DNA of 64,000 nucleotides, taken from contig CAZSVP010000001.1 of NCBI GenBank assembly GCA_964610335.1, positions 61,324-125,323 on the forward strand, in the 5' to 3' direction. Every line of letters begins with the position of its first letter. Within the stretch, counting starts at the first letter, position 1. Positions 9,596 through 20,044 of the stretch are shown here, in pieces. The stretch comes from an uncultured Candidatus Saccharibacteria bacterium (GTDB taxonomy: Bacteria; Patescibacteriota; Saccharimonadia; CAILAD01; BJGX01). The position numbers and the translations under genes were made by a program. The notes under the pieces were generated by a model. It did not search any database. It was not told the origin of the DNA and saw only the letters and a program-made list of their open reading frames with translations.

Positions 9596-10099
9596 TTATT
9601 TCTTCTTTCTCCTATGCTTCTTCTCTTCTTTGTTCTTGATAGGAAGCGCTGTAAACACAATCAATATTCCTAACTCAAACAGAATAATATACGCTCTAAG
9701 GTCATAGACCATGGCAGCAAGATTGTAGTTGGTGACAAGTTCCTGACGAGTGCCTACAGGTAAAAGAACCAAAGAGATTGACACACCAAACAGTGCAGTA
9801 GCTATGGCGAAGAAAATCGTTCTTAAACTGCGTTGAGCGTGTCGCTGGCCTATAAACGATGCACATATGAATATTATTGCCACAATCCAGATGATTGCTA
9901 CCTTGCGATCAGCTTTAACGATTGTTTCTGGCAAAATATTGAGTAATGACTCTGGTAGTACTTGAGCTACTACAAACCCGGCGGTCAAACCAAACGCCAT
10001 AGCTCTCACTCGAATCTCACCTAGTAACATACCGAGTGCTATACTGCTTCCGACAACAGTAGCTAATAACAGATTAAATGATGAAACAATTTGTTGCAT
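9596..10099 (-). CDS. Hypothetical polytopic membrane protein of 167 aa with a Lys/Arg-rich C-terminus
   Basis: About four TM helices. C-terminus KNKEEKKHRRKKK. Confidence 0.5.
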   Translation of the reverse strand: MQQIVSSFNLLLATVVGSSIALGMLLGEIRVRAMAFGLTAGFVVAQVLPESLLNILPETIVKADRKVAIIWIVAIIFICASFIGQRHAQRSLRTIFFAIATALFGVSISLVLLPVGTRQELVTNYNLAAMVYDLRAYIILFELGILIVFTALPIKNKEEKKHRRKKK

Positions 10100-10162
10100 G
10101 CTATGCCCAGTATAAGCCTAAGCATAATGCCATAACAAGCCAATCAATAGCTCAAATACAAT

Positions 10163-11083
10163 CTAACCAAAGAATCGACGCTTACCTGATTTTTGGAACT
10201 CTCTTAGTAGTTCTTTTTGCTTGGCACTAAGCTTAGTAGGTATCTCCACTGCTATCTGCACCAAATGGTCACCATGTCGTTCACTTCCTACTACCGGCAT
10301 ACCTTTGCCACTTAGTTTGAGAATCTTACCATTCTGGGTACCCTCAGGTACTTTGATAGTCACATCACCGCTTATAGTCTCCACCTCAAGTTCTCCACCA
10401 ATTGCTGCAGTCACCATGTCTATTGTCGCTTCAGTAATAATATCCGACCCTTGTCTGTGCCACCTACGATCAGGCCGAATTTGAACTCGTACATAAAGAT
10501 CTCCCCGACTACCGTCTTGACCGACTTCACCCTTGTTAGACAACTTCACAGCCTGGCCGTCATCAATACCCGCTGGTATCTTGATCTTAACTTCTTCGTT
10601 CTTGCGCTCACCAGCCTTGTGATCAGCCACACGAAGACTCAGCTCTTTGGTTGTACCATGTATAGCTTCATCAAAATCGATTGTGATGGATATTTCAACA
10701 TCACGGGCTCGCCCACGCCCGCCACTATTGAAAAACATCTCAAATATGTCATTGATACCACCCCCACCAAAATCGAACTGCACACCATCAAATCCTTGGG
10801 CACCACCAAAACCAGCACCGAATGGATTGCCACCCATGCCAGCCCCTTGATCGTTGAAACCAGCATTACCAGCTCCCGCAGCATGCCCAAACTGATCGTA
10901 AGCTTGACGCTTCTTCTCATCGCTGAGCACTTCATAGGCCTCGTTGACTTCTTTGAAGGCCGTTTCATCCCCACCCTTGTCAGGGTGATGTTCTACTGCT
11001 TTGCGGCGAAAAGCTTTTTTTATTTCGTCCTGGGTAGATGATTTTTCAACACCAAGAACTTCGTAGTAATCACGTTGGCTCAT
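10163..11083 (-). CDS. dnaJ: DnaJ-class co-chaperone, type II/CbpA-like: J-domain plus G/F-rich region, with no zinc-finger CxxCxGxG repeats
   Basis: DYYEVLGV...HPDK J-domain. A Gly/Phe-rich linker. A C-terminal substrate-binding domain. No Cys repeats. Location is downstream of dnaK. Confidence 0.8.
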   Translation of the reverse strand: MSQRDYYEVLGVEKSSTQDEIKKAFRRKAVEHHPDKGGDETAFKEVNEAYEVLSDEKKRQAYDQFGHAAGAGNAGFNDQGAGMGGNPFGAGFGGAQGFDGVQFDFGGGGINDIFEMFFNSGGRGRARDVEISITIDFDEAIHGTTKELSLRVADHKAGERKNEEVKIKIPAGIDDGQAVKLSNKGEVGQDGSRGDLYVRVQIRPDRRWHRQGSDIITEATIDMVTAAIGGELEVETISGDVTIKVPEGTQNGKILKLSGKGMPVVGSERHGDHLVQIAVEIPTKLSAKQKELLREFQKSGKRRFFG

Positions 11084-11085
11084 GG

Positions 11086-11718
11086 CTACTTATTGGACCT
11101 TTTAAAACTTTCTACAATGTCAGATTTACTAAAAGTGATAGTACTATTTACGTGGGCGACAATGGCTTTGTTCAAATTCTTGTCATATCCCACATAAGTT
11201 ATCTTGTGCCCACGCTCTTTTACAATACGCAGTGCTGGGATTACATCCGAGTCGGAACTTACAATAACAAAATGCAAGTTCTTGTTCTCATAAGCAGCTT
11301 GTACCATGTCAACCGCTATGGTTACATCCACTCCCTTTTCTTGAAAAATCACATTTTCACCACGCTTGCGCGCCTTGAGGTTACCAGCCGTTATAAACTC
11401 AATCTTTTGTTTGGCTAGCCACGATCCCCAAGCACGCTTTTGTTCTACCATCTTAAGAGTCGCCTCGTGAGTTTCTTCGCCCATATCCTCAATAATATGA
11501 AGCTTGGTACCATAGTATCGTACGTTGATCGGCTTGATGTTATCCTTAACTGCATCGATAAAGAGTGAGATCATATCGATCTTGAGTAGTTCGGCACGCT
11601 CGCTTATCAACTTCTCCTTGACCAGCACGTCCACCAACTGATAGAACAAGTTTTCTCCGTCTATATAGATGTTGGCAGGCGTTTTGGTGCCTGGATTGTT
11701 ATCATTCATAGTACTCAT
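11086..11718 (-). CDS. NYN-domain (LabA-like, PIN-fold) protein inserted between dnaK and dnaJ
   Basis: [28 protein letters not shown], and [29 protein letters not shown] match the NYN/DUF88 catalytic Asp constellation. Confidence 0.7.
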   Translation of the reverse strand: MSTMNDNNPGTKTPANIYIDGENLFYQLVDVLVKEKLISERAELLKIDMISLFIDAVKDNIKPINVRYYGTKLHIIEDMGEETHEATLKMVEQKRAWGSWLAKQKIEFITAGNLKARKRGENVIFQEKGVDVTIAVDMVQAAYENKNLHFVIVSSDSDVIPALRIVKERGHKITYVGYDKNLNKAIVAHVNSTITFSKSDIVESFKRSNK

Positions 11719-11752
11719 TATAAACCACCATTAGTAATGTTGGTTTATAACA

Positions 11753-13684
<1,932 letters not shown>

Positions 13685-14209
13685 TTATTCTCCTTTTATT
13701 ACTTTACTAGTATTTTTGGCTTGTCCACTACTTACCTTGACTCGTGCTGGACGCACTACTCGCTCGCCGATTTTGTAGCCTGGAGTAATTACCTCTACCA
13801 CGATGTTCTCTGGTTTGTTCGAGTCTATGTACTCAATCGCTTCATGTTGGTTATGATCAAACTTCTGACCGACTGGATTAAGTTTGGTTATGTTCATCTC
13901 AGTAAGTTGATCGTTGAGCTGTTGGCCTATATAACTTATGCCTTTTGCCCAAGCATTGTCTGTTAGATCGTCTGGCAAATGGTTGGCCGCTAAATTCAGG
14001 TTATCTAGTGCTGGTAAAAGCTCACCCAACACGGCCTCCTTAGCATGGTCCATTAACTCACCACGTTCTGAAGCAACACGTTTTTTGTAGTTTTCAAACT
14101 CAGCTTGAAGCCTTTGCAAATGCACAGTCAACTCTCCAATCTGCTGCTCATACTCAGCCGCAGATTTAGGTTTTGACTTCTTGATAGCTGGCTTCTTTTC
14201 TGGTTTCAT
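13685..14209 (-). CDS. grpE: Nucleotide exchange factor GrpE
   Basis: Coiled-coil N-terminus. ENYKKRVASERGE... matches GrpE. It sits between hrcA and dnaK. Confidence 0.88.
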   Translation of the reverse strand: MKPEKKPAIKKSKPKSAAEYEQQIGELTVHLQRLQAEFENYKKRVASERGELMDHAKEAVLGELLPALDNLNLAANHLPDDLTDNAWAKGISYIGQQLNDQLTEMNITKLNPVGQKFDHNQHEAIEYIDSNKPENIVVEVITPGYKIGERVVRPARVKVSSGQAKNTSKVIKGE

Positions 14210-14214
14210 ACTAT

Positions 14215-14919
14215 TTATACTTCGCTAAATACTTCTTCGAGTGCTTGTGATGTGGTCTCGACTAGGTTCATAACCTTGCCATAGCTTTGTCGGGTGGGAC
14301 CGACTATACCTATATAGCTATGCTGACTATATGGCGATGTGAACCGATTCACGATCATGGTAAGGCCACTGGTTTCTACCACCGGGTTCTCGCGCCCTAT
14401 ATAGACCTGTAAGTTATCAAGTTTGCTTTCAAACAACCAAGCCTGCATAGCATCTAGAAATCGAGCTGCTTGGCTGGCTTCAATCTGAGCAGCAAACTCT
14501 GGTTGGCTAAACAACTGGTTCAGGCCATGAAAGTAAACTGTGTCACTGAGCGTGGCAAAAGCCATATTGCCGGTCAGATCGCTCAAGGTTTCGGCAGCAA
14601 TTTTTATAGCACTGTCAGTCCGATCCTTGAGCGAATCTACCCGCTTGGTTATCGTCTGGAGACTTCGTCCAGACGGGGAAGCTTGTTGTTCGGTTACGTT
14701 ATTTACATAATAGCGATATCCTTTGTCGGTTGGTACGCGTCCAGCTGAAATATGTGGCTGGTGTATGTAGCCGGCTTCTTCTAAATGCGCCATCTCCGCC
14801 CGTATAGTGGCTGAAGAAAGACCAAAGGTTCGGGAAAGCTCCCGTGAGCTAACAGGCTCAGCCGAATCAGCGTAGAGCCGTACTACCTCCAAAAGAATGT
14901 CGCTTTGGCGATCTGTCAT
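14215..14919 (-). CDS. hrcA: Heat-inducible transcription repressor HrcA (short form). Start placed at MTDRQSDILLEVV.
   Basis: N-terminal wHTH MTDRQSDILLEVVRLYADSAEPVSSRELSR matches the HrcA N-terminus. The C-terminus has GPTRQSYGKVMNLV. CIRCE operators lie upstream. The longer ORF-track start at 14961 would overlap the operator and the -10 element. Confidence 0.82.
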   Translation of the reverse strand: MTDRQSDILLEVVRLYADSAEPVSSRELSRTFGLSSATIRAEMAHLEEAGYIHQPHISAGRVPTDKGYRYYVNNVTEQQASPSGRSLQTITKRVDSLKDRTDSAIKIAAETLSDLTGNMAFATLSDTVYFHGLNQLFSQPEFAAQIEASQAARFLDAMQAWLFESKLDNLQVYIGRENPVVETSGLTMIVNRFTSPYSQHSYIGIVGPTRQSYGKVMNLVETTSQALEEVFSEV

Positions 14920-14947
14920 GACAGTATCTATCATATTACTCGAGTGT

Positions 14948-14974
14948 TTAGCAGTCAACACCCATGAGTGCTGA
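14948..14974. promoter_or_regulatory. CIRCE operator 1 (TcAGCACTC-N9-GAcTGCTAA), overlapping a TTGACT-N17-TATGAT promoter at 14930-14958
   Basis: An inverted repeat matching the CIRCE consensus TTAGCACTC-N9-GAGTGCTAA, with one mismatch per arm. It lies immediately upstream of hrcA. Confidence 0.7.
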
Positions 14975-14996
14975 CTACAATACTAGTGTAACTAAA

Positions 14997-15023
14997 TTGG
15001 CACTCTCATGTCAAGAGTGCCAA
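14997..15023. promoter_or_regulatory. CIRCE operator 2 (TTgGCACTC-N9-GAGTGCcAA), overlapping an upstream TTGACA -35 at 15009-15014
   Basis: A perfect 9-9 inverted repeat with a 9-nt spacer. It is one mismatch per arm from the consensus. Confidence 0.7.
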
Positions 15024-15046
15024 TAATAGTTTTATGTAACTTTTTT

Positions 15047-15673
15047 CTATTGTGTTGGGCAGGTTATCTTACTAACCTTCCAGACATTGCCTTCCTTGGT
15101 ATTGTTCAGGCTAATAACCAGGGTAGAAGGTGGTGGCCCAGCGTACACGCCTGAGACTTTCATAGTTCCGGTGGTACCACTAACCGTTGGAGTACTGTAC
15201 TGATAATCGGTGGATTTAGTAAGTGTACTCTGGCTACAAGAGATTAGGTCTACGCTCTTGTTGGCATTGTACTGATCAACTACTGCTTGAGTAATGTAGC
15301 CATTCTTGTATAGGTAGTTGATGTCTTTTTCTTTATTGTCTATCCAGTACTTATACATAGCCTGCACTTGGGCTGAAATGGCTTGCTGGTCAGTAGTAGC
15401 ACTCGTTGATTGAGGTGCAGTCTTGGTAGCATCTAGCTCAGACTGCATTGTAGCAACTTTCTGATTAAGTTCGTTGATAGCGGCAGTATCCTTCTGTTTC
15501 TGCTGATTAATCTGTCGATTCATGTACCACCAGGTGCCTGCTCCTGCTAGTACTGCAACGAGTATGATTATCAGAATAGGCACTAATAGTCCACCACCTC
15601 GTTTTGGTGGCGCATCCATGCTGGCTACTAGTGGGTCAACTGCTGGCGGTTGGTTAACTGGTGTTTGATCCAT
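15047..15673 (-). CDS. Hypothetical type II membrane protein of 208 aa: Pro-rich cytoplasmic N-terminus, one TM, a coiled coil, and a C-terminal domain with two Cys
   Basis: Paralogue of the next gene. Shared motifs: WWYMNRQ/VWYYMNN, a Q-rich coiled coil, and YKYWIDNKEKD/YDLWINGTANNTDKN. Confidence 0.5.
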   Translation of the reverse strand: MDQTPVNQPPAVDPLVASMDAPPKRGGGLLVPILIIILVAVLAGAGTWWYMNRQINQQKQKDTAAINELNQKVATMQSELDATKTAPQSTSATTDQQAISAQVQAMYKYWIDNKEKDINYLYKNGYITQAVVDQYNANKSVDLISCSQSTLTKSTDYQYSTPTVSGTTGTMKVSGVYAGPPPSTLVISLNNTKEGNVWKVSKITCPTQ

Positions 15674-15687
15674 ATATTCTCCTTAGG

Positions 15688-16302
15688 TTACTGTAGTACT
15701 AAACACGAAATATTATTGGCTTTCCAAACATTCTCGGCATTTATTACGTCGACATTGGCGCCTTGCTTATTTGTACCACTAATTACAATGCCTGATACTA
15801 CTTTCTTGTCTGTAGCAGAAGTTATTGTGTATACATAACTTTGTGGCTTGGTAACTGAACAAAGTACATTGGTCTTTCCTGATTTGAGAGCTGCCTCAAG
15901 CTCTGCGGTAACTAAACCTTTGTTAACTGATTCAGTGATAAGAGTATTCTTGTCTGTGTTGTTGGCAGTACCATTTATCCAAAGGTCATAAAGTGATTTG
16001 ATAGTTTTGCCAGCCGCTACACTTGGGTTTTGGTTGGCCTCGTCAAGCTGTTTTTGTAAGTCTGCTATTTGTGCGTTTAATTGATCTATTTGAGCCTGAG
16101 TTTGAGATTTCTCCTGCTTGGCCTTATTGTTCATATAGTACCAAACACCACCGACAGATGCTGTTACCAACACCACTGCTAAAACGACTAACAAGGCAAT
16201 TTTACCCCCGTTACGTTTTGGCAGCTGCATGGTATTAGTTGAGCTTACATCGATCGGCTCTGGTGCGCCACTCGGATTAATTGGTTGTATTGGATCTGGC
16301 AT
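15688..16302 (-). CDS. Hypothetical type II membrane protein of 204 aa, a tandem paralogue of 15047-15673
   Basis: Same architecture and clear sequence similarity to the neighbouring gene. Confidence 0.5.
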   Translation of the reverse strand: MPDPIQPINPSGAPEPIDVSSTNTMQLPKRNGGKIALLVVLAVVLVTASVGGVWYYMNNKAKQEKSQTQAQIDQLNAQIADLQKQLDEANQNPSVAAGKTIKSLYDLWINGTANNTDKNTLITESVNKGLVTAELEAALKSGKTNVLCSVTKPQSYVYTITSATDKKVVSGIVISGTNKQGANVDVINAENVWKANNISCLVLQ

Positions 16303-16319
16303 GTACCCTCCTAGTTTAT

Positions 16320-16568
16320 TTATTGATAATCACTAAAAATATCATCTACATTGGTGTCTTCATACTGCTGCAAACGGCTAACCGCAGCGTCACGACTCTG
16401 TTGCAACTTCTGTACATCCGACTGATAAGCAGCTGCTCGCACAAAGTACAACGACCAGCCGATAATAGCCAGAGCAGCAAGGACGAAGACCAATACCCAC
16501 ATATATCCAAGGTGCTGTTTAGATTGATCGTCTTGTTTTGGTTTGGGCTTGTTTGACTTACTCGGCAT
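16320..16568 (-). CDS. Small membrane coiled-coil protein of 82 aa, FtsL/DivIC-like in architecture
   Basis: Basic N-terminus, one TM (YMWVLVFVLAALAIIGWSLYFV) and a short coiled coil. Directly downstream of lepA. Confidence 0.4.
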   Translation of the reverse strand: MPSKSNKPKPKQDDQSKQHLGYMWVLVFVLAALAIIGWSLYFVRAAAYQSDVQKLQQSRDAAVSRLQQYEDTNVDDIFSDYQ

Positions 16569-16589
16569 TAAGCATATTATACCATTTTG

Positions 16590-18377
16590 CTAGTCATTTT
16601 TCTGCAGTAGTACCATGAACGCTTCGGATGGTATCTCCACCTTACCAATCATCTTCATTTTCTTCTTACCCGCCTTCTGTTTAGCCCAAAGTTTCTTCTT
16701 GCGGCTGATATCGCCACCATAGAGCTTGGCAGTAACATTCTTGCCTAAAGCCTTGATGTCTTCACGAGCAATGAATTTACCACCAATAGCAGCTTGCAAA
16801 CTTACCTCAAACAACTGTCGGGGGATAACTCCAGATAACTTCTCTACTACCTGCCTACCTATCCGAACTGATTCACTCCGATGCACTATCATACTTAAAC
16901 TGTCTACTTTTTCACCAGCAACCAAGAAGTCAACTTTTACGAGATCTTCCTCTTTATACTCCCAAAAATCATAGTTAAAACTGCCATATCCAGAAGTAGC
17001 ACTTTTTAGTTGATCGTAAAAGTCCACCAGCATATTGGCTAGTGGAGCTACAAATTCTATCAACGCCACTTTTTCATCAATATAGCTAAGATTGCGCTGT
17101 TCGCCACGTAATGAATTAACTAGTTGCATAAGTGAGCCTAGATACTGGGTCGGCGTAATAAGCTCACCTTTGATCCAAGGTTCCTTGATAATTTGAATTT
17201 GTGTTGGATCTGGTAGCTCAGCGGCAGACTGAATGTGCACTTCTTCGCCAGCATGATCGACTACTATATAGTCAACACTTGGATTGGTCACAACCAAATC
17301 TAAGTCGTGCTCGCGCTCCAAACGTTCTTTGACAATCTCCATATGAAGCAACCCCAAGAATCCAACTCTAAATCCAAAACCCAACACTGTGGAATTCTCT
17401 TGAGTGTAGTCGAGCGCGGCATCATTGAGACTTAGCTTAGCCAAAGCTTCCTTGAGGCCTGGATAATCAGTGGCACTAACAGGGTATATACCAGCATAGA
17501 CAAATGGTTTGACTCGTTTATAACCAGGCAATGGTTCAATTGCTGTCTGACCTTGGAGAGTAACCGTATCGCCCACACGAGCATCAGCAGTTGTCTTGAG
17601 ATTACTTACAATAAAGCCAATTTGGCCACAGCTAAGCACATCATCTGAGCTCATACTCGGATTGAAGTGCCCAACATCTATCGCAATCGATTGTTTTCCT
17701 GAAGCCATAAAGTGAAGTTGATCATTCTTGTGAAGTGTCCCATCAATGACGCGTACGTAGAGGATTACGCCACGATATTCATCGTAAATTGAATCAAATA
17801 TGAGCGCCCGCGTACTACCCTGTGGATTGCCTTGTGGCGCTGGCACTTCAGCCACAATCCGATCGAGCAGTTCAGATACACCCTGACCTTCCTTGGCAGA
17901 GATTCGCAGTACTTCATCGGCGTCACATCCGATTAGCTTGGCTACTTCAGCAGCAACTCTGTCTGGTTCTGCAGCTGGCAAGTCAATCTTATTAATAACT
18001 GGAATAATATGTAGATTTGCCTCCATTGCAAGATAAACATTGGCAAGCGTTTGGGCCTGAATCCCCTGGCTAGCATCTACCACCAAGACAGCCCCCTCAC
18101 AGGCTTGCAAACTACGGCTTACTTCGTAGCTAAAGTCGACATGGCCGGGGGTGTCGATTAGATTCAGAATATTGTCTTGCCAAGACATGCGCACTGGCTG
18201 AAGTTTGATAGTAATGCCACGCTCACGCTCTATGTCCATTTGATCTAGCAGTTGAGCTTTCATGTCGCGCATCTGTACAGTACCGGTGATCTCCAACATA
18301 CGATCAGCCAAGGTGCTCTTACCATGGTCGATGTGAGCAATGATACAAAAATTTCGAATGTGGGATTGATCGTTCAT
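16590..18377 (-). CDS. lepA: Translation elongation factor 4 (LepA)
   Basis: IRNFCIIAHIDHGKSTLADR, DTPGHVDF, and NKID GTPase motifs. The LepA-specific C-terminal domain is present. Confidence 0.95.
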   Translation of the reverse strand: MNDQSHIRNFCIIAHIDHGKSTLADRMLEITGTVQMRDMKAQLLDQMDIERERGITIKLQPVRMSWQDNILNLIDTPGHVDFSYEVSRSLQACEGAVLVVDASQGIQAQTLANVYLAMEANLHIIPVINKIDLPAAEPDRVAAEVAKLIGCDADEVLRISAKEGQGVSELLDRIVAEVPAPQGNPQGSTRALIFDSIYDEYRGVILYVRVIDGTLHKNDQLHFMASGKQSIAIDVGHFNPSMSSDDVLSCGQIGFIVSNLKTTADARVGDTVTLQGQTAIEPLPGYKRVKPFVYAGIYPVSATDYPGLKEALAKLSLNDAALDYTQENSTVLGFGFRVGFLGLLHMEIVKERLEREHDLDLVVTNPSVDYIVVDHAGEEVHIQSAAELPDPTQIQIIKEPWIKGELITPTQYLGSLMQLVNSLRGEQRNLSYIDEKVALIEFVAPLANMLVDFYDQLKSATSGYGSFNYDFWEYKEEDLVKVDFLVAGEKVDSLSMIVHRSESVRIGRQVVEKLSGVIPRQLFEVSLQAAIGGKFIAREDIKALGKNVTAKLYGGDISRKKKLWAKQKAGKKKMKMIGKVEIPSEAFMVLLQKND

Positions 18378-20020
18378 GTGTTCTTACCGGAATATATGTC
18401 CTTGATTTGACGTAGCGGATGCAGTGCCCTACGTAGAACAATATGTGCTTCGTCGACATGCATAAGAAGTGTTAAACCAAAGAAGATCGCAACACCTGCA
18501 CCACTGATAACTATAAAACTTGGTGCCAACGAAAGAAATCCAGTTGTAGTCTTATATAGCGGAAACACACGACTAATAAGTAAATACATTGCAACAGAAG
18601 ACGCTGCTGTTGCGAGAGTGATTTTGGTGGTCTTGATGAGTAATGCTTTGCCGCCATAATTACCAATCTTATTTCGTAACAAGTACATAAGTAGTAGTGC
18701 TTCGTAGAGTGTAGAGACAGACAGCGCCATTGCCATACCTTCAACTCCAAATCGGGCCGAAAGCGCAAAGCTCAAGCCAATGTTTATAATAATTGAACTC
18801 AAGCTAGTGTAGAGTGGGGTCTTGGTGTCTTCGATGGCATAAAACGCTCGTGCCACCATATAAAAAACACTTTGGGCGACGATTGTACCAGCCAGCCACC
18901 CAAGCGTGTTGGCAGTAGTTTGATCACCAAACCCAAACAGTAGTCGCACTATATAGCCACGCATTACAAACGCAATTGCGGCTGATGGTATCACCAAGAA
19001 AAGTATGATACCCAAATCATGAACAAATAGTTTACCCATACGAGCTTTATTGTTGCCTTTGACAGCTCGAATCAAGCTTGGGAATGCCGCCGTTGAGATT
19101 GCCGCGCCAAACAAAGCCACGGGGACATTCTTGAGATTATTCGCGTAGTAGTAAGAGGCTAGACTACCTACGCTAAGCCGAGATGCAATCGCTGTTTGGA
19201 TGATCCAATTGAGTTGATCGATAGTAAGATCAATTGAGCGCGGAATCATAAGCTTGATAACCTTCCAAACCCCTGGCAAACGAAAACTTAGTATGAAACC
19301 ATAACGAAAGCCTAGGCCACTGACTCCTAGTATCTGCACGACTGCTTGCAAGAATGTGCCTAACACGACACCCCATGCGACACCGTATATAGGATCACTC
19401 GGGAAGAACTTGGCAAAGAATACTATACCTACAATGATTCCAACATTGTAAAATATGCTAGCGAAGGCAAATAGAAAAAAACGATTAAAGGCTTGTTGAA
19501 TAGCCCCAAACACACTGGCAAGTGCGAAAAAGAACGGCGTAACCAGCATAATACGTGTAAGGTTGACGGTCAGGTTGAAGCGTTCTTGGTCAAACCCAGG
19601 TGCAAGAAGCTTGACTAGCGGACCTGCAAACACAAAGGCAATCACTCCAAAGATCATCGTACCAACGCATAAGATGTTGAGTAATGAGTTTGCCAGCTGC
19701 CAAGCAGTGTCTTTCTTATCCTTTTCAAAATATCCTATAAAAACAGGTATAAATGCTACTGCAAACGCACCCGAAACAAGTAGTGTAAACAGTAGATCTG
19801 GGATGCGAAAAGCGGCTGTATAGGCATCAGTACTAGCACTAACACCAAAATTACTAGCCAGTAAGCGATCACGTACCAATCCAAGCACGCGTGACAACAA
19901 GTAACTCAGTGAGATGATGAAAGCCGCGATCGATAGCGAACGCGACTTATTGAGACGAGACAATAAGTTCTTCATTGGTAGCTTATTATAGCAGCTTCGT
20001 AATCTGTTGTGTAGCACCAA
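18374..20020 (-). CDS. murJ: Lipid II flippase MurJ (MviN)
   Basis: 548 aa with about 14 TM. N-terminus LSRVLGLVRDRLLASNFGVSASTDAYTAAFRIPDLLF is typical of MurJ. Confidence 0.85.
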   Translation of the reverse strand: MVLHNRLRSCYNKLPMKNLLSRLNKSRSLSIAAFIISLSYLLSRVLGLVRDRLLASNFGVSASTDAYTAAFRIPDLLFTLLVSGAFAVAFIPVFIGYFEKDKKDTAWQLANSLLNILCVGTMIFGVIAFVFAGPLVKLLAPGFDQERFNLTVNLTRIMLVTPFFFALASVFGAIQQAFNRFFLFAFASIFYNVGIIVGIVFFAKFFPSDPIYGVAWGVVLGTFLQAVVQILGVSGLGFRYGFILSFRLPGVWKVIKLMIPRSIDLTIDQLNWIIQTAIASRLSVGSLASYYYANNLKNVPVALFGAAISTAAFPSLIRAVKGNNKARMGKLFVHDLGIILFLVIPSAAIAFVMRGYIVRLLFGFGDQTTANTLGWLAGTIVAQSVFYMVARAFYAIEDTKTPLYTSLSSIIINIGLSFALSARFGVEGMAMALSVSTLYEALLLMYLLRNKIGNYGGKALLIKTTKITLATAASSVAMYLLISRVFPLYKTTTGFLSLAPSFIVISGAGVAIFFGLTLLMHVDEAHIVLRRALHPLRQIKDIYSGKNT

Positions 20021-20044
20021 ACCAGCTGAAGCTAGCTATCCAAA

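Noticed and set aside
14920-14961. The longer hrcA start (MLTAKHSSNMIDTV...) from the ORF track
   Set aside because: It would place the coding region over CIRCE-1 and the -10 element. MTDRQSDILL aligns with the canonical HrcA N-terminus.
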